NCBI RefSeq assembly: GCF_009914755.1
Contig: NC_060947.1
DNA: 64,000 bases
Strand: one strand, 5' to 3'
Origin: the human T2T-CHM13v2.0 reference genome, Homo sapiens
The position numbers and the translations under genes were made by a program. Positions 28,461-41,579 of the stretch are shown in pieces. The notes under the pieces are model-generated. The model ran no database searches. It saw only the letters and a program-made list of their open reading frames with translations, and was not told where the DNA came from. Position 1 is the stretch's first letter; every line of letters begins with the position of its first letter.

Positions 28461-31379
28461 AACCAGCAGTTAGTCTAATTCACTCCCACTCTATCTTGTT
28501 GGTGGGGAAAGAAAAAAGGGAGGAAAGGGAGGCCCTATGCTTTGTTTTAATGTCAAAGCCCTTTCCTCCCACCCCCTCACTAGGAAATAACTAGATGAAT
28601 AACCACAAACCAAGTGCAAATTGCAACAGGCAATTTGATTTTACAAAATGCAATTCCTAAACTACACAAAGTTCCTTGGGAGTGGAGACAGCATTTTTCC
28701 TAGGGATCAGGAATTCTCCCTCTCAGCTTGGGCAAAAGAAAGGCGGCCTCTGCCCCTCAGCGAGGAAGGGAGAAAGAAGATGAAATGGTGGAATAGGCCT
28801 GGACTAAGGAAATGTAACTTGGGGACAAAGGGTTGGTGGGGGCTCCAGATCTAGGCACTAAGGATGAGAGTTGCTGCCAGAAGCCATAATGTGGCCCAGA
28901 GATATCTTTCCCATCACGTTGGGAGGATTCTTTCTCAAAGCAAAGAAATGAATGAACAAATATCTCAGAATAGTCTAAGGCTTCTCTCCACTTGCCTTGA
29001 AGCTAATTTACATTTTAGAACTAGTACAGCATTTAGCAGCTACAAGGAACTTGGGGTCCTGGGTAAATGTGTGCTCCAAAATGTCAGGCAAACTTGGCTC
29101 TCCAAATTGATTCTCCTTCCCCCATCTCTTCAGGTGTCTGGGGAAGGACCTGTAAACATAAATCAAATGTGTCACTGTGTATCTCAGCCTCTGCCTGCAT
29201 CCCCCTCTTCTCTTGCCTGGGCACTCCCCACCTACAAGGTGTTCTGATCTAGAAGGAAGGAAGAAGTCCTCTTTCAATGTGTCTTGCTCTCCTGGCACCT
29301 GGAGCCACTGCTAGTGCAGCTGGGGGCTAACACCTAGTCACCCCCAGAGCGGTAAAGGTATTCCATGGCAGCAGAACCTAGCAGGCCACAGCTCGTCATA
29401 AGCCTTTCACTCAGATTTGCCTGAGGACCACTGCCTACCACTTGGGTGGGGTGGTTCACTGCATTTTCTATATTTCAGGGACTCCCTTTATAATTCCAAA
29501 CTGGATTCTGATAGTTCTAGTTCAAGTCCCTGCCTGCCTCCTTCAAGTTCAGCCCTATTTACTTCAGCCTATGTCTCTGAAGTTCAAGTATATATATCTG
29601 TCTGCACAGCCCTGATTGACAAGTACAATGAAAATGTCTCATTCCTGTCTGGTTTGCATTTCATTACATTGGGTAACAATATGCCTTGTATTTCAGAGGA
29701 CAAAGGCAAAAAAAAAAGGGGGGGGGTTAATTAACAATATCTGTTTATTCTCGATTGAATTTTAAAGGTATTTAGGGCTTATAAAATATGTGTCAAATGA
29801 TAGGACCATAGTGAAAATTCTGATGTGGCCAATAAAATCTGGAGCTGTGTGATTTTACGCTCACCAACCTGCAGACACACTTGGTTGGCAAGTGTGTCAG
29901 CATGTCCTGGAGATCGATAGTTCAGCTTGGCCCCTGATGCCAATTAAGTGCTTTATCTTAGCATAAAAATAAAGAGAAGTTAAAAATGCATTCTTTTCCC
30001 AGCTTTCTTCCCCCTTCATTTTTTATTGCCACTTGCAGTTTTTCTTTTAAAAAGATCTGGGACTCTGAAGAGAGGGTGGGGATTTATGTAAAGAAAGTGT
30101 CATTTACCAGGAAAAAAGGCGAATAATGGTGAGTTTCAAGGACATGTTGCAATGAGAAACACTTTGTGCTCCACTAGGGAGAGACAGGGGCACCAAATTC
30201 AGCGTCCTGGAATAATTCCCTTCCTGGATTCAAAGATTCATTTATTGAAATAAATCAGGAAGCCTTGGCAGAACGGAAATCCGCTTGCTGGGTTTAAAGG
30301 GCCTTTAAAATGTTGCGAGTGTTAGATTGCAAGTCTTTTCTAAATACAAAACAGAAGAAAAGACCGCAGCGTTTCCCTTGAACTTAAAGAAAATTACTAG
30401 GTCACCGAATCAGGATAATTTCATGTCCACCACATAAAATGTGTTTAGAAAGAAATGCTGCATGATAACACAATGTGCTGTGTATGTTCTGTTTTTCGGA
30501 GGTTCGACGGAAGAGAAAAGTGCTGTGGAGTTGGGCTCTGGGTTGTAGGAAGAACCCGGTCCTACCCTACTGCCCCTCAGGACGTTCTGTTTCCCTACTG
30601 CTTCTTCAAGATGGATTCTAAAAATCGGGCTCAAAAGCTTTGCTGGTTTAGAAGTGATCAGTTTTTCTGATTTTATTTACTGCTTTAGATTTGGGCATAA
30701 AAATAAATCTTTTTCCTATTTACCGTTTGAACTCAGTGTGAGGGAAAGGATCCCATTATATTTCCTATCCATACAAACATGTGGATATTTAGACCCGACC
30801 ACATACAACTTGGGGACACATAAAAGAGATTTATTGGTTAATTTACGTTGCCTACTACACATGTAAACCCTAGTAAGCCAAAGCTGCTGAGGGAGCCTCA
30901 GCTATAGAACCACGACCCCTGGGTTCGAGTTGTCCTCCCTGACTAGAGCTGTGACTCCTGTCTCCACCTGAAAAACGAAAACACGAGAGTTGTCTCCATC
31001 CCCTCACCTCTGCCTGTGTGTAGGAAAAACTTTTCTCCTCTTAGCTTTCCCTCTTCTGCCACCACTCTGTTCTCAGACTCAGCTCCCCAAAGCGCCCTGT
31101 TCCCCGAAGTTGTTCCCAGAGTCTCCTCTTGAAAATCAAGTTTGGGGAGGAGAGAAGCTCTAAGTCATAAGAAAAACTTCGCGATTTTTCCCCCCCAACA
31201 GCAGTGATTTGCTTTGTTGGGGGTGGGGACTTTGTTTTCATGTGCAGTAACTAGCTTTATCTGGAGGGATTTTGCTTTCTACCCTCTTTTAAGGGTCAGG
31301 GGTCCCCCTCCCCAAATAAGGAAACTCCCACTCAAACCAACTGAAACCGACTTAGAAATGGCCTGCCTCTGACCTGCTG

Positions 31380-31960
31380 TTCACAAAGCCCCCAGCCTCG
31401 TCCTTTTGCGCGCATCTGGGACCCCTGCGTCCCACAGAACAACGACACCCCCTCAGAACCGCACTCTCAGGATGGGCCCGGCTGTCCCGTGAAGGGCTCC
31501 ATTGCCCGGGATTTTGGCCTGGCTGAATCGCCTCAGGTCTGCCCCCTTAACAAGCATCCACCCCCCCGGCCCCCACCTCCCCACTTCTCGGTTGATGATC
31601 TAATTGAATTATGCCTTTTTGTTCCAGGGACTACAGAGCACGTGCTGGAGGCAATTAATTATCGGAATGTGGCCGTATCAAAACGGACACTGGGCACCGG
31701 GTAGGTCAGCGGCGGCAACTTCCCCCTGCCTTGAGCTCAAGACCCCTTCCCAAATAGGGGCATGATGAGCTCCCTCGGCTGCCCCCCTTCTGAGCCCTTC
31801 ACCCAGTTGCAATCGCGCAAGGCCCTCGATTCTCGGGGTACCTGGCGGGACTCCCCGGAAACTCTCGCATCAGCGCTGGCCCGGCCAGAGCTCGACAGCC
31901 GCCCCTTCCCGGTCCCCTAGTCTCGAGAACCGCTGTCCGCGGGACCAGCTCAGTGAGGAA
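31380..31960. promoter_or_regulatory. Small CpG-rich block ~2.5 kb upstream of ZIC3
   Basis: CpG-rich with TAATTG/CAATTAATT homeodomain-type cores at ~31600-31660. Confidence 0.45.
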
Positions 31961-32992
31961 ATCCAAACTTTTTCAAACCAACTACTTAGCCAAGGGCGGT
32001 TGGGGTTGGTGGGAGGTGAAGAGAGGTAGAGGGAAGAGAGGAAATAAAGGAGAAAGTGAAAAGAAAGGTGGGGCGGGGGGGGGGGAAGAAAGGCAATCCT
32101 CCTTTTTTGTAAACCTGACTCCAGGGGATTCATTTGCATGATTTAAGCATATTTGTTCTCTGAACACACCAGCGCCCCCCTACCCCCCCAAAGAAACCCT
32201 CTGCTGAGAGGCACTGAAACCATTCTTGGAGAGCCTATGTTCGGCAGACGCAATAATTTAAGTCAGCAGTGAACTCACCTTCCAACCTGGGGAGAGAGCT
32301 CTGGATGTGGAGAGAGAATTGGGGCGAGTTTGATGGGAGGGGGTGAATACGGTAAGATGTGCTACCGGTAGGGTGTTCTCCCAGCAAACTGGCTAAGAAA
32401 GAAGGTGAAGTGTTGGCTGGGCCAGGCAGACTGGGGAGCAGGAAGTGAAAGGCTGCAGTTATAAAGCGCTGCTTAAGGCGGTCTCTCCTGGCGCCTCTGA
32501 ACTTGATCAGATGTTCTATTTCCTACAGAGAGATGGCGGCCAGGCTGTGAGGCTGCCTCAAGGCGCAGACTTTGGGGCTTGGCCCAGCTAGGGATGTGAC
32601 AATCACAGCCATCTTTCTCTCTGCCTTTTCTTTCCACTCTCTTCTGCATTCTTTGCAAATGCCTTGCAGGACACAAAAATGAGTGAATTTATAGCCTTGT
32701 CTGAACCTGGTCATTATGTCAGAAAGACCTTGCAACAGACAGAAGGCGAGAGGACTTTCACACACACCCCTGGAAGTAAATCCTTAAGGGGTAAGCAGTC
32801 CCTGAGGTCACTACATGCTTTACCTTCTCCGGGTAGGAGTAGAAGAGAGTAAAGCCTTGGCTGTTCAGAGGAAAGAAAATTCCATGTCACAGTCCCCATT
32901 CAGCATCAGCAACCCCCAACACGACTTTTGCATTTGAAAATGTTGAGAATTCAAAGCTGATTAGCCTAGTGATTTGGAAACCACCCTGATAC

Positions 32993-33330
32993 TGTGTGTG
33001 TCTAGTGTGTTTATTATGTGTTTAGTGTGTTGTGTGCATGTTTTGCGTACACTGGCTAAAAGTGTTCTTTGCATGTTTTGTATTTGTGGGTATGCTCGCT
33101 GTTATGTGTATTTGCTCTGCTGTGTTTAGTTGTGTTTCTGTGTTTGCTGTGTTGTGCGTAGTTTATGTTACTGTGTTGTATGTGCTTACTTTGTTGTGTT
33201 GTGTGCGTATTTCATATGTCGTGTTTGTTTCCTGTGGTGCGCTTGTGTTTACTGTGTTGTGTGCTTGTTTCCTACTGTGTGCTTGGGTTTACTGCGTTGT
33301 ATATGTTTGCTGTGTCGTGCCCGGTGTGTA
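32993..33330 (+). repeat. Degenerate TG/TTG-rich low-complexity tract
   Basis: ~340 bp dominated by TGTG/TGTT units. Confidence 0.9.
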
Positions 33331-33859
33331 ATTCGGGAAGTGGGCAGCGGCGAGTACGGCCGCTGCTCACAAACTAAAGGGTCAACGCTTGGCGCAGACG
33401 GAAGTAACGGAGATCAGCTCTAATTGTAATCGTTTCTTCTCCTTTGGGTCTCGGACAGCTGCCGACAGGTTGGGGGCACAAACGGCGAACTATCCCGGCC
33501 TGGGTCCCGGCCTCGAGGCCATCAGAACTCGCAGTGATTGGAGGTGGACGCAGCGGCTGGACCGGGAGCGCGAAACTGCTGCGCTCTCCCCAGGATCTGC
33601 GCCCTGCAGCTACAGAGGGGACATGTTCTCAAGGTGGTGAGGCAGCGGGGGCCCAAGCAGGACTGGACGTTGAGCGCCGCGTCTCCTCCATCGGCGCAGC
33701 AGTGGGACCGATCCTCGCGGGGCAAAGAGCCCGCGAGGGGTGGGGGAAAGCCCGCGAGAGTCCCGGCGGCGTCCCGCCGTTTGCCGGCTGGAGCCTGGCC
33801 CCAGTTCCCCGCAGCCACTCAAGCCCGGTGGAGCCCACTCGCGGCCGCCCGGCAGCCGC

Positions 33860-34100
33860 CGCCTCACCTGCCAGGCACCCGGCGGCTGCCCAATCAGCGG
33901 GGGTCGCTCGGCCGCGGCTGCCATGTTCTCCGCTCCGCGCTGCCAATCAGCCTCGCGGCGGCCAATGGGCAGTCCGGCCGGAGGTCAGGTGACCGCGGGC
34001 CAGCTGGCTCCCCATTGGCGCGCGCCTCGCGGCCTCCCGCTCGGTTTATGTGCGAGGAGTGAGTGATTGACTTTATCAGTCCAAGGACATTACTCTGGAG
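33860..34100 (+). promoter_or_regulatory. ZIC3: ZIC3 proximal promoter (TATA-less, multiple CCAAT boxes)
   Basis: CCAAT at 33890, 33943, 33962, ATTGG at 34014, TGATTGAC at 34064, inside the CpG island ~550-750 bp upstream of the ATG; no ATG seen between ~34080 and 34640. Confidence 0.7.
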
Positions 34101-34372
34101 GCGAAGAGGCTGGGACTCGCGCGGCGAGCGGCAAGCGGCGAGTAACGAGCCTGCCTACTGCCCGCTGCCCGCCTGCCCGGCCGCTAGCCGGCTCCGCCAC
34201 TTGGCGCAGCCCAGCCCGGAGGCCGGTACCCAGGGAGCCTCCTGGCCCCGCGGTTCTGTGCACTCGGGGAGAGGAGGGGTGCCCGGGACAGGATTGGCAA
34301 ACTCCGCCCTCCACTTACTATTTTGCTTATTTTTCTTTGTGCGCGCCTGTTAGTTTGTTAAACCAGATCTAG

Positions 34373-35854
<1,482 letters not shown>

Positions 35855-36278
35855 TAGCCCTCCCCGTCCCGTGGCGCCTTTGCCGAGTTCTAACTTCCCG
35901 GGCAGACTGCTCTGCGGTCTCAGGAACTAATTGGGACCTTCTCGCGCCCAGGAACAAACTGGCGCCGCCTCTTTTTGTCTCCCTTTCTGGGTTACCGTGA
36001 AGGGACTCCGAATGTGTTGAGAGCATATTGCTTACAAGCGACTTAGCTCTCGGCACACATTCGTGGAAGGCAACCATACAAATGCTAATGAAAACTAACT
36101 TTCGGTTACTTCCGCTTTTTTTTACACTTGATTGGCACATCTCCTAATTAAATGACTGATACTTTTGTCAAACTATTTTTATTTGGAGTTCCAGGTTCAA
36201 TTCAGTCCTCCGGGAGGAAAGCTAAAGCAGTTTCGTGGTTTGTTCAGAACATCTTGTAAAACTGTCTGGAGCCCCCTG

Positions 36279-36287
36279 GATCGATCG

Positions 36288-36340
<53 letters not shown>
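36279..36340 (+). repeat. (GATC)3(TATC)12 tetranucleotide STR in ZIC3 intron 1
   Basis: Direct read. Confidence 0.97.
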
Positions 36341-36341
<1 letters not shown>

Positions 36342-36820
36342 ATTTTTTTCCTCAAACATTAACTACGACTACCCAGGCTTTTTAATATCGGGCTTAGCCA
36401 AACCGCTGCATTTGAAAGAGGCAAATAAAAAGGTACAAAGAGGCTGAACGGGATTGTCCTGTCCGGGGCCCATTGTCCCGCCGGGCTCGGTTACATTGCT
36501 GAGGTGGTGGCGGAACGTGGCCGCGCATTGGGAGCCCTGGGTCGGGTAGGGTGGAAACACAACTTAGGGGAAACTTCGGAGGAGCCAGGGGCTTTCCCTC
36601 CTTGCAAGAACAAAGACATGGTCAGGTTTTGGGCCGGCCCCGCCCCACCCCCACCCCCACCCCGACCACCACTCCCAAACCCAGCGGGCTCAACCTACGC
36701 TCTTCATTTCTCTCCAGGGAAAATAGATGCTGCAGCAGCCCCCAGTCCGCGCTCCCTTTCCGGGAAGACCGCCGGGAGCTCAGTCTCCTGCTGCTTGCCT
36801 CTGAGAAACTCCGGCGCTGA

Positions 36821-37054
<234 letters not shown>

Positions 37055-37846
37055 TAAACACTCGGCCCGACGCCGGGCCGCGGAACGGAAGCGCCCGCGC
37101 TGCCAACCCTCTGTCTTCCACGTTAAATCCGATTTGCTCCAGCAGTGACACCTTGAACCCATTTTGGGGACCGGGCGGGGGTGGGGGTGAGGGGGTGGGC
37201 GGGAGTGAGCAAAGTTGGGAGGGGGAGGAAGCGGAGGGAACAATCGGTTGTTTACTGGGAAGCTCTAGCCGAGCTCGCCTGGGCTTGCGGGGCTGCCGTG
37301 GCCGCCTCTTCCCGACTCAGCCCGCGGTGGGAACCGAGAGTAGCCGCGCCGAACCCGAGGGTGGGTGGTTCATTCGCTCTTTGGCTTCGGATAAAACAAT
37401 AGGGCCGAGGAGTGCAATCTGATTCCCACACATTTGTCTGCGACTTCGCAGCGCTCAGGGCCCCTGTGCCACCTTCTCTGTACCTGCTTTCTCAAGCCGA
37501 AACGGGCTTGGTGAAACCTGGGCCCGGAGTTAGTATTTTATAGGACCTCACAGTGTACTGCTTACCTCACTCCATCCGCGGAGAAAGCATTTTTGAAGTG
37601 GCATGACCAAAACGGAATGCTTTATTCCTTTTCCGTAACACCAGTCTTAGGAGCAAAACTGGTTTTTGGCGAACATCTCCGGGTTTTCTAGACATCGGTA
37701 ATACGGATTTTTTTTAAGCAGCATTTTTCTTTTAAGTGGGTCACTGGGCGGTCTTGTTGTTACAGTGCTCGAATTCTGCTCTTGTTTTTGCTTGCACATT
37801 GCCAGTTGGAATTATATTCATTATAATATATACATGTTAATTTTAG

Positions 37847-38026
<180 letters not shown>

Positions 38027-40120
38027 GGACAAACACAAACCCTGTTAATTATAGAATGGACCAAATACATTTTTAAAAGAAAACTGAGACCAATCAGATG
38101 GAAATGGAGTTTTAAGGCAAGAGGCCATATATAGGGCTACATCTTGTTAATTGCAATTGTCCAGGAAGGTTTTGGGCAAGATCCAAAAGTAGCCATGCCC
38201 TTTTCTCAGGATAGAAAATATGTTTTGGCATTTGAAGCATTTTTTACAAAATCTTTACACTACTTTTTCTTCCCCTTCCTCTTGCTCTCTGCACACCCCA
38301 TTCTTAAACTCCTCCAATTCATTTTAACACTTGTCCTGTTTCTTGAGAGGAAGTTATAGAAGGCTTGTTGGTGGTGGTGATGTTAAACTGATGGAAATTC
38401 TTTTTCGCCTTAGTGGTGATTGTTTAAACTCTCACAGTCTTAAACCGTGCCAAAGTCCTGTTATGTCTTGAACTTTTCCTCAAAGCATTACACTTGTGAA
38501 TGTATTTTTGTCTAATAGGGTCGAAACTGTTGTTCAGTATTTTTTCAGGCTGAGGATGTGATGTTACTCTACACATTGTGACGTTTAGTATACAGTTGCC
38601 TTTTGTAATAACTTTTTTTTTGTAAATACATATCCATTGATGCCATATTTATCGTTTGTAATTTAATTATTGCTACAAGTGCCGGGAACTGAACAATATT
38701 TATGGATAAATGTTTTCTAACAAATTCTGTACAGCTTTTGATTATAACTGCTTTAGCATTAAAAATTGTTTTGAAAGAAGAACACAATTTACAATTTTGG
38801 AACCACTGACTCCTTTCTCTTGTTTTGTAACAGCCTTCTTCTACAAAGAGGAGATGTGAGCAAATTAAATCTTGTTTGTTGGTATTTATAACTCACTCAG
38901 ATCCCTTTTTTAATTGTTAAATTATTTTTCTATTACAGTATAAATTCCTTACAGTGTCAGTTTCCATCTGGGAAGACTCTCCTTTCTTTATCTCTATCTC
39001 AGATGGTTGTTTAACTGCGAGTTTAAATGTGTTTGTCCTGGATTTTCGGCATGCAAATCAAATATTACTGATCAATTCAGTTAGTGGCCATGACATCTCA
39101 ATCTTGTACTTCAAAGACTGAGAAGCTGGATTTAATCATCCCTGCCCTACATATATAAACATAAGGTAACCTACTGAATTTTATGTCCCTTAGTTCTTTA
39201 TTACCTTACATAAAAATGAAAATTGCGGCAGGATGCATGTCTGTCTGTTCTATCTAGAGATCACCCATATACCTATATATGTTTGTATCTATGACTTATC
39301 TAATCTGCCTATCAATCTATCTAGTAGCTATCTATATATTTTCAAAAGATAGCTTATGTCTAAAACAGTGGTGATGAGTAAGGCCAGTTGAGCATTGCTT
39401 ACTTATGGTTAAAGTGCTTCTTAAAAGAACCATAGTCCATTTACAATTTTGGAAGGCAAAGGCTGATTTGTTTGCTGTATATAGTTCAATTCATAATTAT
39501 CGCAATTATCCATAACATTTATATAGCGGTGTAATAACTGCAGCAGTTCTGAAATGATGCTATGGGAAAAAAATTGCAAAATATGTATTTTTAAAGTTCA
39601 TGATTTGTAGGCAAAGATGTTAAGAGCATTGTTTCCATTAAAATCAATAACAATGAAAAACGGTTGTTTGCTTTGTGATAAAATGTTAACAATCCATTTA
39701 ATCTTCAGTGAAGCAACTCATTTGGACAAACAGTTCTTTTACAGTGGTTATATGGAAAAGAAATTGATTGCTATTTTGGGGGGCTGGAGTGGGTAGAGTA
39801 TTGAGACCTTTTTTATTAGGGTGCTGTTTGTTATTGAGAGCCCAATCTCTGCATGAATAACAGAAAGGTGGACATAAGGAATTGTAAAGTATTTAGAATG
39901 TATTGAATAGGCTTAAGTACCTCCTTTAAGGGGCAATGCTCTAGGTTTTTGGTGGCAGTCAATTTGGTATTATATATGATCATTTTCAATTCTAGAATTT
40001 TGTTTATTGTTCTTTTTGAAGAAATAAAGTCTTGGCACATCTTATTTATGTTATAACATTTTTGTATTTGGTGCCTGATTTTTTTTCATGTTCAAATAAA
40101 TCAATCTAAAATTGAAATGC
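38027..40120 (+). other. ZIC3: ZIC3 canonical 3' UTR (~2.1 kb, AU-rich)
   Basis: AT-rich, free of recognisable repeats, from the stop codon to AATAAA at 40023 and 40095. Confidence 0.8.
40023..40100 (+). terminator. Tandem polyadenylation signals of the canonical ZIC3 mRNA
   Basis: AATAAA at 40023-40028 and 40095-40100 with U/GU-rich flanks. Confidence 0.7.
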
Positions 40121-41579
40121 TTACAGAACTTCTGATGATTAAAAGAAACTTTGATTCTGTGAATGCGGTTGAAGCAGTCTATTTAAGTTATCTACTGATC
40201 TTTGTCAACAGACAATTAGTTATTGACAGTTTCTAATTGCAAATTGCTTTGGAGGCTATTTTTTGTTAGTGGAGAATAATGGGGTCTTTTGCATTTTCTT
40301 CCACCAATATCCAAGCCTGAATGCCATGAACAGAGATTGGGATGACTACACATGTGATGAGCAGGTAACCTGGTCAGTCTATCACTCCCAACCCAGACAT
40401 TCCGATCTTGACCTTGACATTGAGGGTGCTGGACCAGATTCCTATTTCAGGCTTTTTCCTTCACCTCAAACCAGAGACCATTTTAAATGCTCAGCAAGTT
40501 CTCAGAAAGTATATATTCATAAGACTGGCTCTAAGTGTGTTCCATTGTGAAATCTAAATAGTGTATTTTTCTTCTGAACTGTACAATGAACTTCCATAAT
40601 TTACCACTTTCTCCATGAGTTCCCTCCCCCACCCTCAATCTAACCTAACTTTACGTGGAAGTAGAGCCATGGGTTGGATACAGGATTCAACCAAAAACCT
40701 GCCTCCCTTTCAATTAAATGTATTAAATATCTCCTGAGACAAAGAGCAGTTTGATCTTTTCTTAGTTACCTGAAATTATTCTACCATAAAATTTTACAGG
40801 AAAGTACTTGAGGGTCCTAAGAGGGGAAGATATCAATTAAATGAAAAACAATTATGATAACCAATATTAGGAGAATATAAAAGTTTTGCCCCTGTACATG
40901 ATTACCTCTAATTTGGGTGTAGCATGGTATTTCTCAAAATCATGTCCTCCACCCTTGTCATCTGTGGTAAAGAAAACTCCTTATTTTGATAGAAAGCTTT
41001 TCACAGATTTCCCCCCTATAATCTGGCTCTGGGAGTGCACATTTACACTCTTGAATATTCAGTAAACAACCTTAGAGAGTAAGTACCCCCCCCAAAAAAA
41101 AAAAAAAAAAAAAAACAAACAAACCAAAATCATCAATGCTCAAGCCCGAGGCATGGGCCAGGCTCTTAGGAATCAACTTGTTACTTTCCCTCTTGCACCT
41201 TGTAAGATCTTTGTTCAAAGTCCCTTTTTCAAAATGAGTGATTTTGCATAAGATTCCCACTGTTAGGCAAAAGGGAGGTGGCTATTTCCACGCAAGACAG
41301 AAGTTTGGCCTTCATCCAGCTTTAGAAGGTTAAAGATCAGGACAGGGTCCACGCTAAGCAGGCCGGTCGATCTAAATTACTAAAGTTGGACATGAGTGAG
41401 CAAAGACCTCCGCTCACAAAGCATCCCAGGAAAGTTGGAGTGTTCAGGACTTCCTCGCTCCTCCCCCTTCTCCCTTCTCCCCGCCTGATGTCTCTGCCTC
41501 TTCGCCCTGGCTCTCTCTCCCCCTTCTTAAAAAACTCCCTAAAACAGAGGAGCAAAGTCGAAGGGCCTCTTAACATGTA

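Noticed and set aside
33032-33423. Cys/Val-rich hydrophobic ORFs
   Set aside because: Low-complexity TG tract open in all three frames
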